From contig BCGN01000001.1 in assembly GCA_001599295.1 (NCBI GenBank), forward strand, positions 2,418,001 to 2,480,924: DNA of 62,924 bases, read 5' to 3'. Source of the stretch: Sporopachydermia quercuum. Lineage: Eukaryota. Positions 45,112 to 56,133 of the stretch are shown here, piece by piece. Position 1 is the first letter of the stretch. The number at the start of each line of letters is the position of its first letter. The position numbers and the translations under genes are program-made. A model generated the notes under the pieces. The model saw only the letters and a list, made by a program, of their open reading frames with translations. It was not told the DNA's origin and searched no databases.

Positions 45112-45849
45112 TTAAATAATAAAAATACCAAGAGACCCAACAGCAATTAATCCCACACTGAGCCACCACCAAAAGTTATAATCAATCATACTAACTCTAA
45201 CCGCATTAGTCTTACCTCTATTTTCAAGACTTCTCCTAACTCTTGTGACCAAACTTCTTTTATCATGACTAGAAGTTGGAGCCTCTGTAGGATTCAGCGT
45301 GATGGTTGGTAACATCATAGGAGGTCTGTAAGAAAGATACATAGGACTCAAAGGTGAACCATCATGTGCATACAAATCTAATCTGTATCTACCGTGATAA
45401 TTATCAATTGAAACTTCGTATGATTTGAAAATCTCTGACTGGTTATAGCGAGTGTATGTAGAAACACCATTATCGGCGCATGGATCGGATAGTAATTGTC
45501 TACCATCAACAATTATAGGAGTCAATATTAAAGTACCATTATCTAAAACTTCATAGGTGCCATGCTGATATATAAGTACAGCAGAAGGGCATTGTGGTGT
45601 TTTTGGGTTTCCGGTAACTTGATAAATAGCTTCCTCCCAATGACCATCTTCTGTAAAAGAGTATGATAGACCTGGTAATGCAGGTTCTATCAGCAACTCA
45701 TCAACGGGATCATAGAAGCCTGGACCTGTGAAGATTGTGTTCGATTTGGTAGACCAAGTACCAACTATTGTCAATTCATCATCTTGCGCTTGTACGACAA
45801 AAGTAAACATCAAAAAGAATGAACTGAATATTAAAGTTAACGAGATCAT
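45112..45849 (-). CDS. ROT1: ER chaperone Rot1
   Basis: Signal peptide, GTWSTKSN..TGPGFYDPVDELLIEPALPG.SYSFT, RPPMMLPTITLNPT, C-terminal TM segment. Confidence 0.95.
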   Translation of the reverse strand: MISLTLIFSSFFLMFTFVVQAQDDELTIVGTWSTKSNTIFTGPGFYDPVDELLIEPALPGLSYSFTEDGHWEEAIYQVTGNPKTPQCPSAVLIYQHGTYEVLDNGTLILTPIIVDGRQLLSDPCADNGVSTYTRYNQSEIFKSYEVSIDNYHGRYRLDLYAHDGSPLSPMYLSYRPPMMLPTITLNPTEAPTSSHDKRSLVTRVRRSLENRGKTNAVRVSMIDYNFWWWLSVGLIAVGSLGIFII

Positions 45850-47198
45850 GTTTGCTGTGAAGGTGTTGTGAATGTGGTGTTCTTCCAGCGATCTTCGCCC
45901 GTTATAATATACCTATCAACCTTCAAACACGTACTAAGCTATATGTTCTTGATGCAGCTGCAAATAATGGTTTGTGCAGTAATAATAACTTCTCTATAAC
46001 AGCTTAAGCAACCAAATGAGTACTATACTGATCCTGTTGAAACTTGCTGTACCAGTAACGGAATGTTATATTGTGATGTTGGCTTTTCTAGATCTTAAAT
46101 AACTCGCTTTAAATTCAGAGTATTGCTTCTTCTATCAACGCTCTGATGATTTTTCAGTTCTTAATCGTGAACAATGATTTTGGATTAACAATCTGAGCTA
46201 GGTGTTCCGCAAAGGATAAACCGCAAAATACTTTACCACGCTTCTAGCTCGGTAAATGACACCTATCTATCCAAAGATATCACCAAGAAATCAGTTCCTG
46301 TCAAACAGATGTATGGTTATATAAGGTCAACTAATTTTATTAACTGGATCAACCGAATATCTACCTATTTCCATGTTTTAATACACTATGTTTCAACGAG
46401 AAAACACCAGCAAAGTAGACTATTACAAGTTATGTCCATCACTCTCATCAATTACCTAAATGAGGCTTTGTTCATAAAAGTAGAAAAATCTTAGAGGGTC
46501 TTCTTGGACTACTTCAAAAGAAGAGAAATACGATCCATGTAAGGGACTATAACTTCTAGTATTTTGAAACTCCGACTTTATGTAAGTAAACAACGAATTT
46601 TTTCCTGTTTAAAAAAAATAAAAATATTTGAGTAATTTCTAAATCAGATAATAGTAAAAAATTATGTAATATCTCACATCTTTCAATTCGTTTCAACAAT
46701 ACCTGGTATGCATCTAAACTGTGAACAGACCCTTTGCTCCACTAAAAATAGAATTACCTCCAGAAAGCCATAATATAATATGCACATTCGCAAACCTTAT
46801 TTTATGTTACATCTCATCCCACGCTTGTTGAGTTTCTTAGAAGTTTGGCATGTAGTCTTTTTGGTGTCCCAGCAAATGTTACTCGGAGAGATGGGTACTT
46901 ACATGCAGCAGTAGGATCATGAGAAATACGATAATTTAATGGAATATGTCTATGCCTTTTTAAGATAGTGGTGGGCAGAAGAAACTTGGGAGTTTGTTAT
47001 TGAAACTGCTTCAGAGNTGTGAAGTGCGTTCTTGTCGCTATTATCACCAGGTTTAGCCTTCGACGAACATTGAAATTATCAAAGAGAAATAGGTATAATC
47101 AATAAGTTGAGTTGGTTTATATATCTACTAATTGAAGGCTCAGCAGTTCTTTGTATCAGAAAAGCTGGGAAAACTAGATTGTTGGTAGGGGGTTTGAA

Positions 47199-48008
47199 AT
47201 GTTATTATCAGCAGCCCCGTCTTACAGGGGGTTGACTAACTCCGCCAAAAATATACAATATCAAAAACTTATAACTTTCTCCAATGTACTGAAGTTAGGA
47301 TTCGCCATCGTTTTGGTATCACTGTGTTTTCTTATTCAGTACTCTTTTGAAACGATAGACAAGGTGAATACAGTATTGGGTATGCAAAAGATAGAAAGTC
47401 AGAGGTTATTTGATGCTAGGTATTCAGTTCATGTTATTACTCAAGATTGTGGTAGAAACACCGATTCTATCTTAGAATATTTTGCTGATTATGCTATTAT
47501 TCATAACGATACTGAGTGTATTTTGGCTTCAAAGTATCCCAATCTTGTATATGCTAACCCATCTGAAAGCATCCCTGATGGAGATGAAGGAAAATACAAA
47601 GTGAAGTATGCTAATGTGATAGATGCATGTACTACCGGTTCTCGTATGTTATGCATGGTCCTGGAAGATGATATTGAATGGATGTACTCGCGGGAGGATA
47701 CTGTTCATGAAACTGTGATAAATTCTATTGCGACTTTCACTAATGATGATACTTCTTGGGATTGTTCCAAAGCCGGAACTGGCTGGAGGAACGTCAATCC
47801 TGATGGAAACAAGGCTCAGTGTAGAATCATCTCCAAAGAAAAATCTGCCTGTATGGCAAAGTTTATCAAAGCATCTAACGCTCCTTGTGATATTGCTCTG
47901 GCAGATTCAATGCCTTATTGCAATGTCTTCCAAAGAAACTTCCTTATTGTTCAACACACTGGCGCCAAAAGTACTTTACACCATGAACCCATTGCCGACC
48001 CTATGTGA
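47199..48008 (+). CDS. Uncharacterised type II membrane protein, GT-A fold / GT25-like glycosyltransferase candidate
   Basis: 269 aa; single N-terminal TM (LGFAIVLVSLCFLI); MVLEDD motif, then CRIISK..A, PCDIAL and IVQHTGAKSTL; 10 Cys. Confidence 0.6.
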   Translation: MLLSAAPSYRGLTNSAKNIQYQKLITFSNVLKLGFAIVLVSLCFLIQYSFETIDKVNTVLGMQKIESQRLFDARYSVHVITQDCGRNTDSILEYFADYAIIHNDTECILASKYPNLVYANPSESIPDGDEGKYKVKYANVIDACTTGSRMLCMVLEDDIEWMYSREDTVHETVINSIATFTNDDTSWDCSKAGTGWRNVNPDGNKAQCRIISKEKSACMAKFIKASNAPCDIALADSMPYCNVFQRNFLIVQHTGAKSTLHHEPIADPM

Positions 48009-48754
48009 GTCATTAAAAACAAATGTGAAGCATAAAAATTTCGTCAATATTTCACATAGTGTTGATGATCTTTTCAAGAGATAATTCTTCCATGTCCTCT
48101 TTGAAACATCTTTGGTAATAGACTCTTCCTTATCGTACTTGAAACTGGGGTTGCGTTATCCGATTATCAGCCTTCGTCAGCGCATCTTCCACTCTCCTAA
48201 CTCGTTTATTTACACTGCATCCTACTTTATCAATGCTAATTAATTTAATCGTATATGCTGTCAGTACAGGCAACAGTTTAGTATAATTGAAATGTTTGAT
48301 CCTATGCATCTATTTACCTTTGACTAGAATTGGACTTAGAATAAAACAAATAATGATGATGTCATATTAAATCGATAGGCATTGTGATAATATAAAGTCA
48401 GAACACAATCAATTTTGTTCGACTTCAACTACATACAAATGTTTTGGCCAGAAAATCCTCATGAAACCTATTCAGAAAGAATAATATGAAAGAAAAAATG
48501 AATAGAAAATAGAATAAAGTAGAAGTAAAAAAAAAAAATTAGTCAAGAAATATATACTCATTTTATATGAGTAAGGAATTGTTTATATTCTTAGATCATC
48601 AGTTTCATTGCATTACTTCAGGCATCACCGTAGAAACACTGTACTATTACATGTACGTCCGTATATTTGACTAAAATGGTGTCTCCTAGAAATAATTCGC
48701 TGTGTGATTGAAACGAAACAACTTAACTCGTTTATAAATTATGGGGACTATAAG

Positions 48755-48774
48755 ATATATATATATATATATAT
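48755..48774. repeat. (AT)10 microsatellite, probable TATA region of the AIM34-like gene
   Basis: Seen directly, about 160 bp upstream of the ATG at 48932. Confidence 0.85.
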
Positions 48775-48931
48775 GTATGAAAGCTGTGATATTGAAATGA
48801 TGAGAATGTTAGGAAGATAAAGGCTCAGCAATAAATATCCAATCGATTAACAATATTGGCTATCGTTCTCATTGTTTTGCTTGTTTATAGTCGTTGATTT
48901 GTAGCTTTGTTGTTATTCAAGAGTACGAGCA

Positions 48932-49660
48932 ATGATGAGCGGCCAGAGGACATTAAGAGCAGTAAGGTCATTGCCTTCACTTCGGGTTTTGGCTGAAAAC
49001 CAGACCGTTGGAACAGCTAAAACAAACGTCAACTCTTGGGGACAGTGTGACTTCCGAAAACAGATTCATACCTCTACTAAGAAGGATCTTGTTGGGATCA
49101 TAGGCAAACCTTTAGGTGATTTTGCTATGATGAACGTTAATGCGTTAAAAGCAGAATGCAGAAAGAGAGGATTGGCAGTTTCTGGAAGAAAAGCTGAGAT
49201 TATCTCTCGCTTGCAAGCTTTTGAAGCAAATCATAAGACAATCAATGTTCTACCTCCAAGAGGTCAGGGTAATCCATTTGAATCTAAGAAGATGTTTAGT
49301 ATGAGTAGAAAAACTGAAGCAAAAGGCGATGATTCTAGTATTGATTACTACAAAATTCCTACAACTGTATTATCTGAACCAGTCGTTGAACCTCATGTTA
49401 AGGTCCCCCATCTTTCTTCTTCTGGTAATTATCAACCACCAAGAGATATTGCAGGTACCGACGTTGACGCAAAAGTTGTCGCTGCTACAAATGTGAATGT
49501 TCGAATTTCTACAATGAATGAATCTGATATTACTGCTACCAAGATTGGTGACGAGGAAACAGAAGAATCTGAAAGTCCCAAAAATCTTTCTAAAAGAGAT
49601 AAAACACTTTTGAGTTCTATGGCCGCTGTTGTGGCTGCCTGGTGGATATTCAATCCATAA
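48932..49660 (+). CDS. AIM34: Mitochondrial SAP-domain protein, Aim34-like
   Basis: Arg-rich presequence, SAP motif MNVNALKAECRKRGLAVSGRKAEIISRL, C-terminal hydrophobic anchor ..VVAAWWIF. Confidence 0.7.
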   Translation: MMSGQRTLRAVRSLPSLRVLAENQTVGTAKTNVNSWGQCDFRKQIHTSTKKDLVGIIGKPLGDFAMMNVNALKAECRKRGLAVSGRKAEIISRLQAFEANHKTINVLPPRGQGNPFESKKMFSMSRKTEAKGDDSSIDYYKIPTTVLSEPVVEPHVKVPHLSSSGNYQPPRDIAGTDVDAKVVAATNVNVRISTMNESDITATKIGDEETEESESPKNLSKRDKTLLSSMAAVVAAWWIFNP

Positions 49661-49883
49661 TTTACATTACGCCGATTCTCCAAATCTTTGTGGGGCACAC
49701 CAATTTTATTTCCTCGTTGTATTTTCAATAACCTAACAGTGTGTTATATTTATGGTGCTGTGTCTCCTTTCTTTTTTCACGTATATAGGTTAATATAACT
49801 TAGACCCGCTAGGTACTTATCAACAAAGATTCTATTATGATTTGTTATCAATCTCCTTTCTCTGATGAGTGTTTGCATGAAAC

Positions 49884-50759
49884 CTATCTCCATAGCATAT
49901 ACGTTACAATACTTGCAAATCCTAAAACTGCTGCACTTATTGCGGTTCTATTATCTGTTTTATTTCCATGACGATTTTTGCTTCTTGTAAATCCTTCGTA
50001 TGGATCTGGGTCTTGCTTTTTCACTTCCGCTTCAGTCACCGTTATACGTCTTTTATGTAATCTTCTTTTGACTATTTCTTCCGCAGTTTCATTGGCAAGA
50101 CTGCCATTTTTCCTCTCCTCAAATCGAATATGCTGTACAAAATGTTTGTCGAAATCGAAATGTGGCACATCGTAATTTGACCCACTCTTCGGTCGCCCAC
50201 TTAAAGGATTATCTTCATGGCTTTGTTGGTATTGAAAGCCACCGGCTCGGTGTCTCGTTCTGTTGAGTCCACTTTTTGATCGGGAGTATTTCACGGAATC
50301 TTCAGCAAAAGGGTTATTCTGATAGTTTCCATGGTGTTGTGCATGTGAGTGACGAGACCCGTTTCCATGTCCGTGTCCGTGCCTGACAGCCCGCTGTTGA
50401 TGTATCAAATCATATTCTTTTCTTTTCCTTGCATCAATCAGTACTTCATAAGCATCTTTTATCTTGAGGAATTTCTCATGTGCCTTCTTTCGTATTTCTT
50501 CGGAGTTTTTTGTGTGTCTATCGGGATGATACAGTTTGGTTAACTTCCGAAACTGTGACTTAATTTGTTTTGCTGTGGCTGATGATGGTAAACTTAATGT
50601 TTCATAATGATTAGAGAAGCTATTGGATAATTGAATTGAGCCTGACGAAAATGATCGATGAGTGGTAGTGTATGAAGAAGAAAGTGTAACTGGTCTCAGA
50701 TCCCTAGCTGAAAATGTTAGTATATAGCTGAGGCATGGTGTCTGTGAAATTAAATGCAT
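49884..50759 (-). CDS. Mitochondrial J-domain protein (type III, Jid1-like)
   Basis: Presequence-like N-terminus, J domain with HPD (NHYETL..YHPDRH..IKDAYEVL), His/Gly-rich linker, C-terminal TM segment. Confidence 0.8.
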   Translation of the reverse strand: MHLISQTPCLSYILTFSARDLRPVTLSSSYTTTHRSFSSGSIQLSNSFSNHYETLSLPSSATAKQIKSQFRKLTKLYHPDRHTKNSEEIRKKAHEKFLKIKDAYEVLIDARKRKEYDLIHQQRAVRHGHGHGNGSRHSHAQHHGNYQNNPFAEDSVKYSRSKSGLNRTRHRAGGFQYQQSHEDNPLSGRPKSGSNYDVPHFDFDKHFVQHIRFEERKNGSLANETAEEIVKRRLHKRRITVTEAEVKKQDPDPYEGFTRSKNRHGNKTDNRTAISAAVLGFASIVTYMLWR

Positions 50760-51683
50760 CCTAGTGCATCGCTTATCTTATTTGATTTCAAATGTATTTA
50801 TAATATTTCTGGCAGGTTAATTTCATCCTTCTTATTTCATCAGGTAGAAATAAAACGGTTACTATTCCCTAGTTTTATTTCTTTATTAGTATGGTATTAC
50901 TATTGCAATGATAGATCTAATAAGAGGGTACATAAGGTCTCATCTTTATCTTAAGACTCTTACTAGTTGTGAGTGTTACTACAGAGCGTGGAACATATGA
51001 AATAGATGATGATATCATGTAAGAACTGCCAGTTAATTTTAAGAGAGGCCTCCTGGATAGGTGAATTCAATGAAGACAACTCAACTTGCTCAAGTTTTGT
51101 TTAATAATTTATTCAAGTATATTGATTCTGTAATTGCAAAAGATCTACTGATTTATCAAAACTTAATAAGTGCGAAAGTAGAATAGAGGAATGAAAATCG
51201 ATTGTTTACCTTTAAAGGAAACTTTTGCTCAGCCAGTTTGCTAAGGATCACATTCAAAGAAGTGAAATGTAATTGATCTACAGCAAAGCCTTTCTTTAAT
51301 GGTCAAATTCAGATGGTGTGAATTACGTCCGAATTATGTTAAATGCTTAAGCTTAGATTCGATATTTTAGATGAACTGTAAACAGGGCGAAACATTTGAG
51401 TGAGAGCGAAAAATTACGGAAGTTTCGATACTTGTTACGACATTTTATAATCCATTTATCCAAAAGCTTATCGTGTGCAATAGAACTTATAAAATAATAA
51501 ATAATACTTCATTTAAACCCAGATGTCATAATTTAAATGGTTCTTTATAGTTATTGTTTCTTTTTCATACCAATACTCATCAATTCGCAGGCAAATTACA
51601 CCATACTTTAAATGTAAAACTTAGGAATCCTCTTATTAACCTTAAATTGACTTAAGCTTTGCGGGTTGTTCAAGTTTAAGTGA

Positions 51684-51761
51684 CGGCCCGATGGCGGCCC
51701 GGCTACCTAACACGGTGATGTTGGATAATATTCTTGGATAGTCTCATTCTACGATTAGTAA
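51684..51761. promoter_or_regulatory. Yap1-type site and CGG/CCG repeats upstream of the aldo-keto reductase
   Basis: TTAGTAA at 51755-51761; CGGCCCG twice, at 51684-51690 and 51695-51701. Confidence 0.45.
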
Positions 51762-51933
51762 GAAAAAATAGTTGGGAGGAGGGTGAAGTTAGTACATAAG
51801 GCCTGCTCGGTCCCAATGTTGAACCGCAATTGTCTCTCTAAGAATTTCCGTTCATCAATTGATAAATCTTTGAGAAAACCTTGAGAATAACATAAAAATC
51901 GCAATTGAAATCAACTACAAAACGAAATCTAAA

Positions 51934-52839
51934 ATGACATTAGAATATTTTACTCTTCAATCTGGAAATATTCCTTCCGTTGGATACGGCACTGGAACGA
52001 AGTGGTTCAAGTACGGTAGAGATGAACTTGATAGAAACCTCGTTGATAACTTAGTGAGAGCTTTGAAAGCGGGATTCACTCATATTGACGGAGCAGAGGT
52101 CTACAATACTGCTTCAGAAATTGGAACAGCTATTAAGGAATCTGGTATTCCTAGAGAATCTCTCTGGTTGACTGATAAGTATTTTGCTGGTGATGGTACG
52201 TATAAAGTACACTCCAAAGAAGCAAATCCTTATGAGGCACTGAAGGCTTCATTGAAACAATTTCAAACAGATTATGTTGATCTTTATTTATTACATGCCC
52301 CATTCATTAAGAAGGAATCTCATGGATTCACATTGGAAGAGGCTTGGGGCTATTTAGAGAAACTTCAAAAAGAAGGACTTGCTAAGAACATTGGAGTTTC
52401 AAACTTCACTGTTGAAGACTTGGAGACGATTTTAAAAGTTGCCGAAATCAAGCCACAAGTCAATCAGATTGAGTTCAATGCTTACTTACAAAATCAGACA
52501 CCTGGAATTGTTGAGTTTTCTCAAAAAAATGGTATTCTAGTTGAAAGTTATTCTCCTCTTGCTCCTGTATACAAAGGGGGGAAAGGACCTTTGAATGAAT
52601 ATATAGATGAGTTGATTAAGAAGTACGGCAAAACAGACACTCAAATTTTGTTGCGATGGACTCTTCAGCTAGGTATCTTACCCATTACTACAACTTCAAA
52701 GGAGGGCAGATTGAAAGAGATTTTGGGTATTTATGATTTCCAGCTGGAAGAAAGTGAAGTTAACAAGATAAAAGAGCTTGGAAGTCAACATGGAACTGTT
52801 AGACAATATTGGATACCTGAGTTCTCTAAGTACGATTAA
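51934..52839 (+). CDS. NADPH-dependent aldo-keto reductase (YDL124W / conjugated polyketone reductase-like)
   Basis: GYGTGTKW, catalytic tetrad (IDGAEVY, TDK, LYLLH), IGVSNF, NQIEF, YSPL. Confidence 0.92.
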   Translation: MTLEYFTLQSGNIPSVGYGTGTKWFKYGRDELDRNLVDNLVRALKAGFTHIDGAEVYNTASEIGTAIKESGIPRESLWLTDKYFAGDGTYKVHSKEANPYEALKASLKQFQTDYVDLYLLHAPFIKKESHGFTLEEAWGYLEKLQKEGLAKNIGVSNFTVEDLETILKVAEIKPQVNQIEFNAYLQNQTPGIVEFSQKNGILVESYSPLAPVYKGGKGPLNEYIDELIKKYGKTDTQILLRWTLQLGILPITTTSKEGRLKEILGIYDFQLEESEVNKIKELGSQHGTVRQYWIPEFSKYD

Positions 52840-53112
52840 ATAGGTTGGACTAATCAATTTGTATAATTTAGTGTTTTATTTCATTGACTTCTATTTTAGT
52901 ATCTTTTAATTGAATAGCTTTTTTAACGATTCATCAATTGACAAAAGTAAAAGCTGTAGATAATGTGATATCCTCATTCATGTAGGTAACGTTAGTAGGC
53001 TCGCAGATAAAGAGTACTTGCCTATTCGTTTTATCTGCCTTCTGTTTAATTAATGATTATCTGAACATTTATCTCTCTTCCTCACCACTAGCCATGTGGT
53101 TTGATCATAAAA

Positions 53113-53125
53113 GAAATTTCTAGAA
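53113..53125. promoter_or_regulatory. Heat shock element (distal)
   Basis: GAAatTTCtaGAA, three contiguous inverted nGAAn units upstream of HSP90. Confidence 0.75.
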
Positions 53126-53562
53126 TAAATGCGAAACTACATTTCTATGTCTGCAGTATTTGGTTAAGTTCAAAGAAGTTGATAGAAGTCCATGGAAACT
53201 TCAATATTTACATGTCATTTTCTTCATATTATTGTTAATAGTTAATGATTTAGTTGTTGACAAATATGGAAACACGTAGACATTGGAATAGATTTCAAAA
53301 ACTAGTAGTGATGAATGAATAATGTGTGATGGATTATTCTAAGTGATCTATCTATGAATAATAATAAAAAGTTGATTAAAAAAACAAGTAAATAAGCTAT
53401 TCAATAAAATAATAAATAGATTATTTCATAGTAGAACCTTTTATTGTTGAGATTTTAAATTCAATTTGGAAAGTGCCATGTCATCGCTTTGATAAGAGCG
53501 AAATTTTAACCATAGTTTTTGCCATTGGAACTGGTAACAATTTTCACCTTAAAGTTTGTGCT

Positions 53563-53575
53563 TTCTTGAAGGTTC
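53563..53575. promoter_or_regulatory. Heat shock element (proximal)
   Basis: TTCttGAAggTTC, about 60 bp upstream of TATAAA (53632-53637) of HSP90. Confidence 0.8.
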
Positions 53576-53768
53576 TGTAAACGCCCATTTTTTTAACGAT
53601 GAATAGTATTCGGTAACTGAAGAATTATATATATAAACGAAGAATCCCCCTTTAGTGTTTTTTTTTAAGTACTACTTAACAATAACAATTATTGTTACTG
53701 AGGACGTATATTATCATTAAAAGTTTTAGAGTATCATCTATTCTTTTATCAATAACATATATTACAAG

Positions 53769-55862
53769 ATGTCGAAGAGTGAATCATACGAGTTTCAAGC
53801 TGAAATCACCCAGCTTATGGGGTTGATTATCAACACTGTCTATTCTAATAAGGAGATTTTCCTTAGAGAATTGATCTCTAACGCTTCTGATGCACTAGAT
53901 AAAATTAGATATGAATCATTGTCTGATCCCAAAAAGTTAGAAACAGAACCGGAACTATTTATCAGAATCACTCCCAAACCAGAACAAAAGGTTTTGGAAA
54001 TCAGAGATTCTGGTATTGGTATGACCAAGGCTGATTTGATCAACAATCTTGGTACCATTGCCAAATCTGGTACTAAAGCTTTCATGGAAGCTTTATCAGC
54101 GGGTGCTGATGTCGCCATGATCGGTCAATTTGGTGTTGGTTTCTATTCACTTTTCTTGGTTGCTGACAGAGTCCAAGTGATTTCTAAGAACAATGATGAT
54201 GAACAATACATTTGGGAGTCTGATGCTGGTGGAAAGTTTACTGTTACTCTAGATGAAGTTAACGAGAGAATCTCCCGTGGTACCATTCTTAGACTTTTCT
54301 TAAAAGACGATCAGTTAGAATACTTGGAAGAAAAGAGAATAAAGGATGTTGTTAAGAGACACTCAGAATTTGTCTCATATCCTATTCAATTAGTCGTCAC
54401 CAAGGAAGTTGAAGAAGAAGTTCCTGAAACCGAAGAAGAAAAGAAGGAAGATGAAGATGAAAAAAAAGACGCCAAGATCGAAGAAGTCAAAGAGGATGAA
54501 GAGGAAAAGAAAGAAACAAAGAAAATCAAGAAGACTGTTTCAGAAACTGAAGAACTTAATAAGACCAAACCTTTATGGACCAGAAATCCTAGTGAAATTA
54601 CTAAGGAAGAATATGCCGCCTTTTATAAGTCTATTTCAAATGACTGGGAAGACCATTTGGCGGTTAAACATTTCTCTGTTGAAGGTCAGTTAGAGTTCAA
54701 GGCCATTTTGTTTATCCCTAGCAGAGCTCCTTTCGATCTTTTCGAATCTAAAAAGAAGAAGAATAACATCAAACTTTATGTCAGAAGAGTTTTCATCACT
54801 GATGAAGCTGAGGAATTGATTCCAGAATGGTTATCTTTTGTTCGTGGTGTTGTCGATTCCGAAGACTTACCTTTGAACTTGTCACGTGAAATGTTACAAC
54901 AAAACAAGATTTTAAAGGTTATCAGGAAGAATATTGTCAAGAAGCTCATTGAAACCTTCAACGAAATTGCGGAAGACAGGGAACTCTTCGATAAATTTTA
55001 TACAGCTTTCTCCAAGAACCTTAAGCTCGGTATACACGAAGATTCTCAAAACAGAAATGCCTTGGCTAAGTTGTTGAGATATTACTCTACAAAGTCCACT
55101 GAAGAAATGACGTCTTTAACTGACTATGTCACCAGAATGCCAGAACACCAAAAGAACATCTACTATATCACTGGTGAATCTATCAAGGCCGTTGAAAAGT
55201 CACCTTTCCTGGATGCCTTGAAGGCCAAGAACTTTGAAGTCCTCTTCTTAGTTGATCCTATTGATGAATATGCTATGACACCACTTAAGGAATTCGAAGG
55301 AAAGAAATTGGTTGACATCACCAAGGATTTCGAACTTGAAGAGACTGAGGAAGAAAAGAAAGCTAGGGAAGAAGAAATCAAAGAATTTGAACCTCTCACC
55401 AAGGCTTTGAAGGAAATTTTGGGTGAACAGGTTGAAAAAGTTGTTGTTTCTCATAAACTTCTTGATGCCCCTGCTGCTATCAGAACTGGTCAATTCGGTT
55501 GGTCTGCTAATATGGAACGTATCATGAAGGCTCAAGCTCTTCGTGATACCTCTATGTCAGCTTACATGTCATCCAAGAAGACCTTCGAAATTTCTCCTAA
55601 ATCACCCATCATCAAAGAGTTGAAGAAGAAAGTTGAAGCCGATGGTGCCCAAGACCGTACTGTTAGAGATTTAACTACTCTGTTGTACGAAACTGCTCTT
55701 TTGACATCCGGTTTCACCTTAGATGAACCCAATTCATTTGCTACTCGTATCAACAGATTAATCTCTCTAGGTTTGAATATTGATGAGGAACCAGAAGAAG
55801 AAACAAAGATTGAAGTTGAGGCTGAACCAGTTGAGGAGTCTGCCATGGAAGAAGTTGATTAG
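53769..55862 (+). CDS. HSP82: Hsp90 chaperone
   Basis: [34 protein letters not shown]-terminal MEEVD. Confidence 0.99.
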   Translation: MSKSESYEFQAEITQLMGLIINTVYSNKEIFLRELISNASDALDKIRYESLSDPKKLETEPELFIRITPKPEQKVLEIRDSGIGMTKADLINNLGTIAKSGTKAFMEALSAGADVAMIGQFGVGFYSLFLVADRVQVISKNNDDEQYIWESDAGGKFTVTLDEVNERISRGTILRLFLKDDQLEYLEEKRIKDVVKRHSEFVSYPIQLVVTKEVEEEVPETEEEKKEDEDEKKDAKIEEVKEDEEEKKETKKIKKTVSETEELNKTKPLWTRNPSEITKEEYAAFYKSISNDWEDHLAVKHFSVEGQLEFKAILFIPSRAPFDLFESKKKKNNIKLYVRRVFITDEAEELIPEWLSFVRGVVDSEDLPLNLSREMLQQNKILKVIRKNIVKKLIETFNEIAEDRELFDKFYTAFSKNLKLGIHEDSQNRNALAKLLRYYSTKSTEEMTSLTDYVTRMPEHQKNIYYITGESIKAVEKSPFLDALKAKNFEVLFLVDPIDEYAMTPLKEFEGKKLVDITKDFELEETEEEKKAREEEIKEFEPLTKALKEILGEQVEKVVVSHKLLDAPAAIRTGQFGWSANMERIMKAQALRDTSMSAYMSSKKTFEISPKSPIIKELKKKVEADGAQDRTVRDLTTLLYETALLTSGFTLDEPNSFATRINRLISLGLNIDEEPEEETKIEVEAEPVEESAMEEVD

Positions 55863-56133
55863 AGGAACAAATAATGATCTAATAGACTCTTTTAAAGAGT
55901 TTGCAATGTAATAGTAATAGTTGCTTGTAAATAAAAATTCATCCCTCTGTAGGTAGCTTTACCTGAGTAAGTTCACTCGCTAATGGCATTTCTAATATTT
56001 TCTTCTATATGTTTCTAAGTATACCCTAAACGGATATCAGAAATTTTTTATATTACAGGATATCTGAATAGCATCTTGAGTTGATTCCTCTATTGAATAT
56101 GAACTATTAAATTGTTGAATTATTGTTTAGCAT

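Noticed and set aside
46537..47146. Possible upstream exon or 5' UTR intron for the GT25-like gene (GTAAGG, GTAAGT, TACTAAT..CAG)
   Set aside because: An in-frame TAG at 47175 blocks coding extension from those acceptors, and a UTR intron cannot be established from sequence alone.
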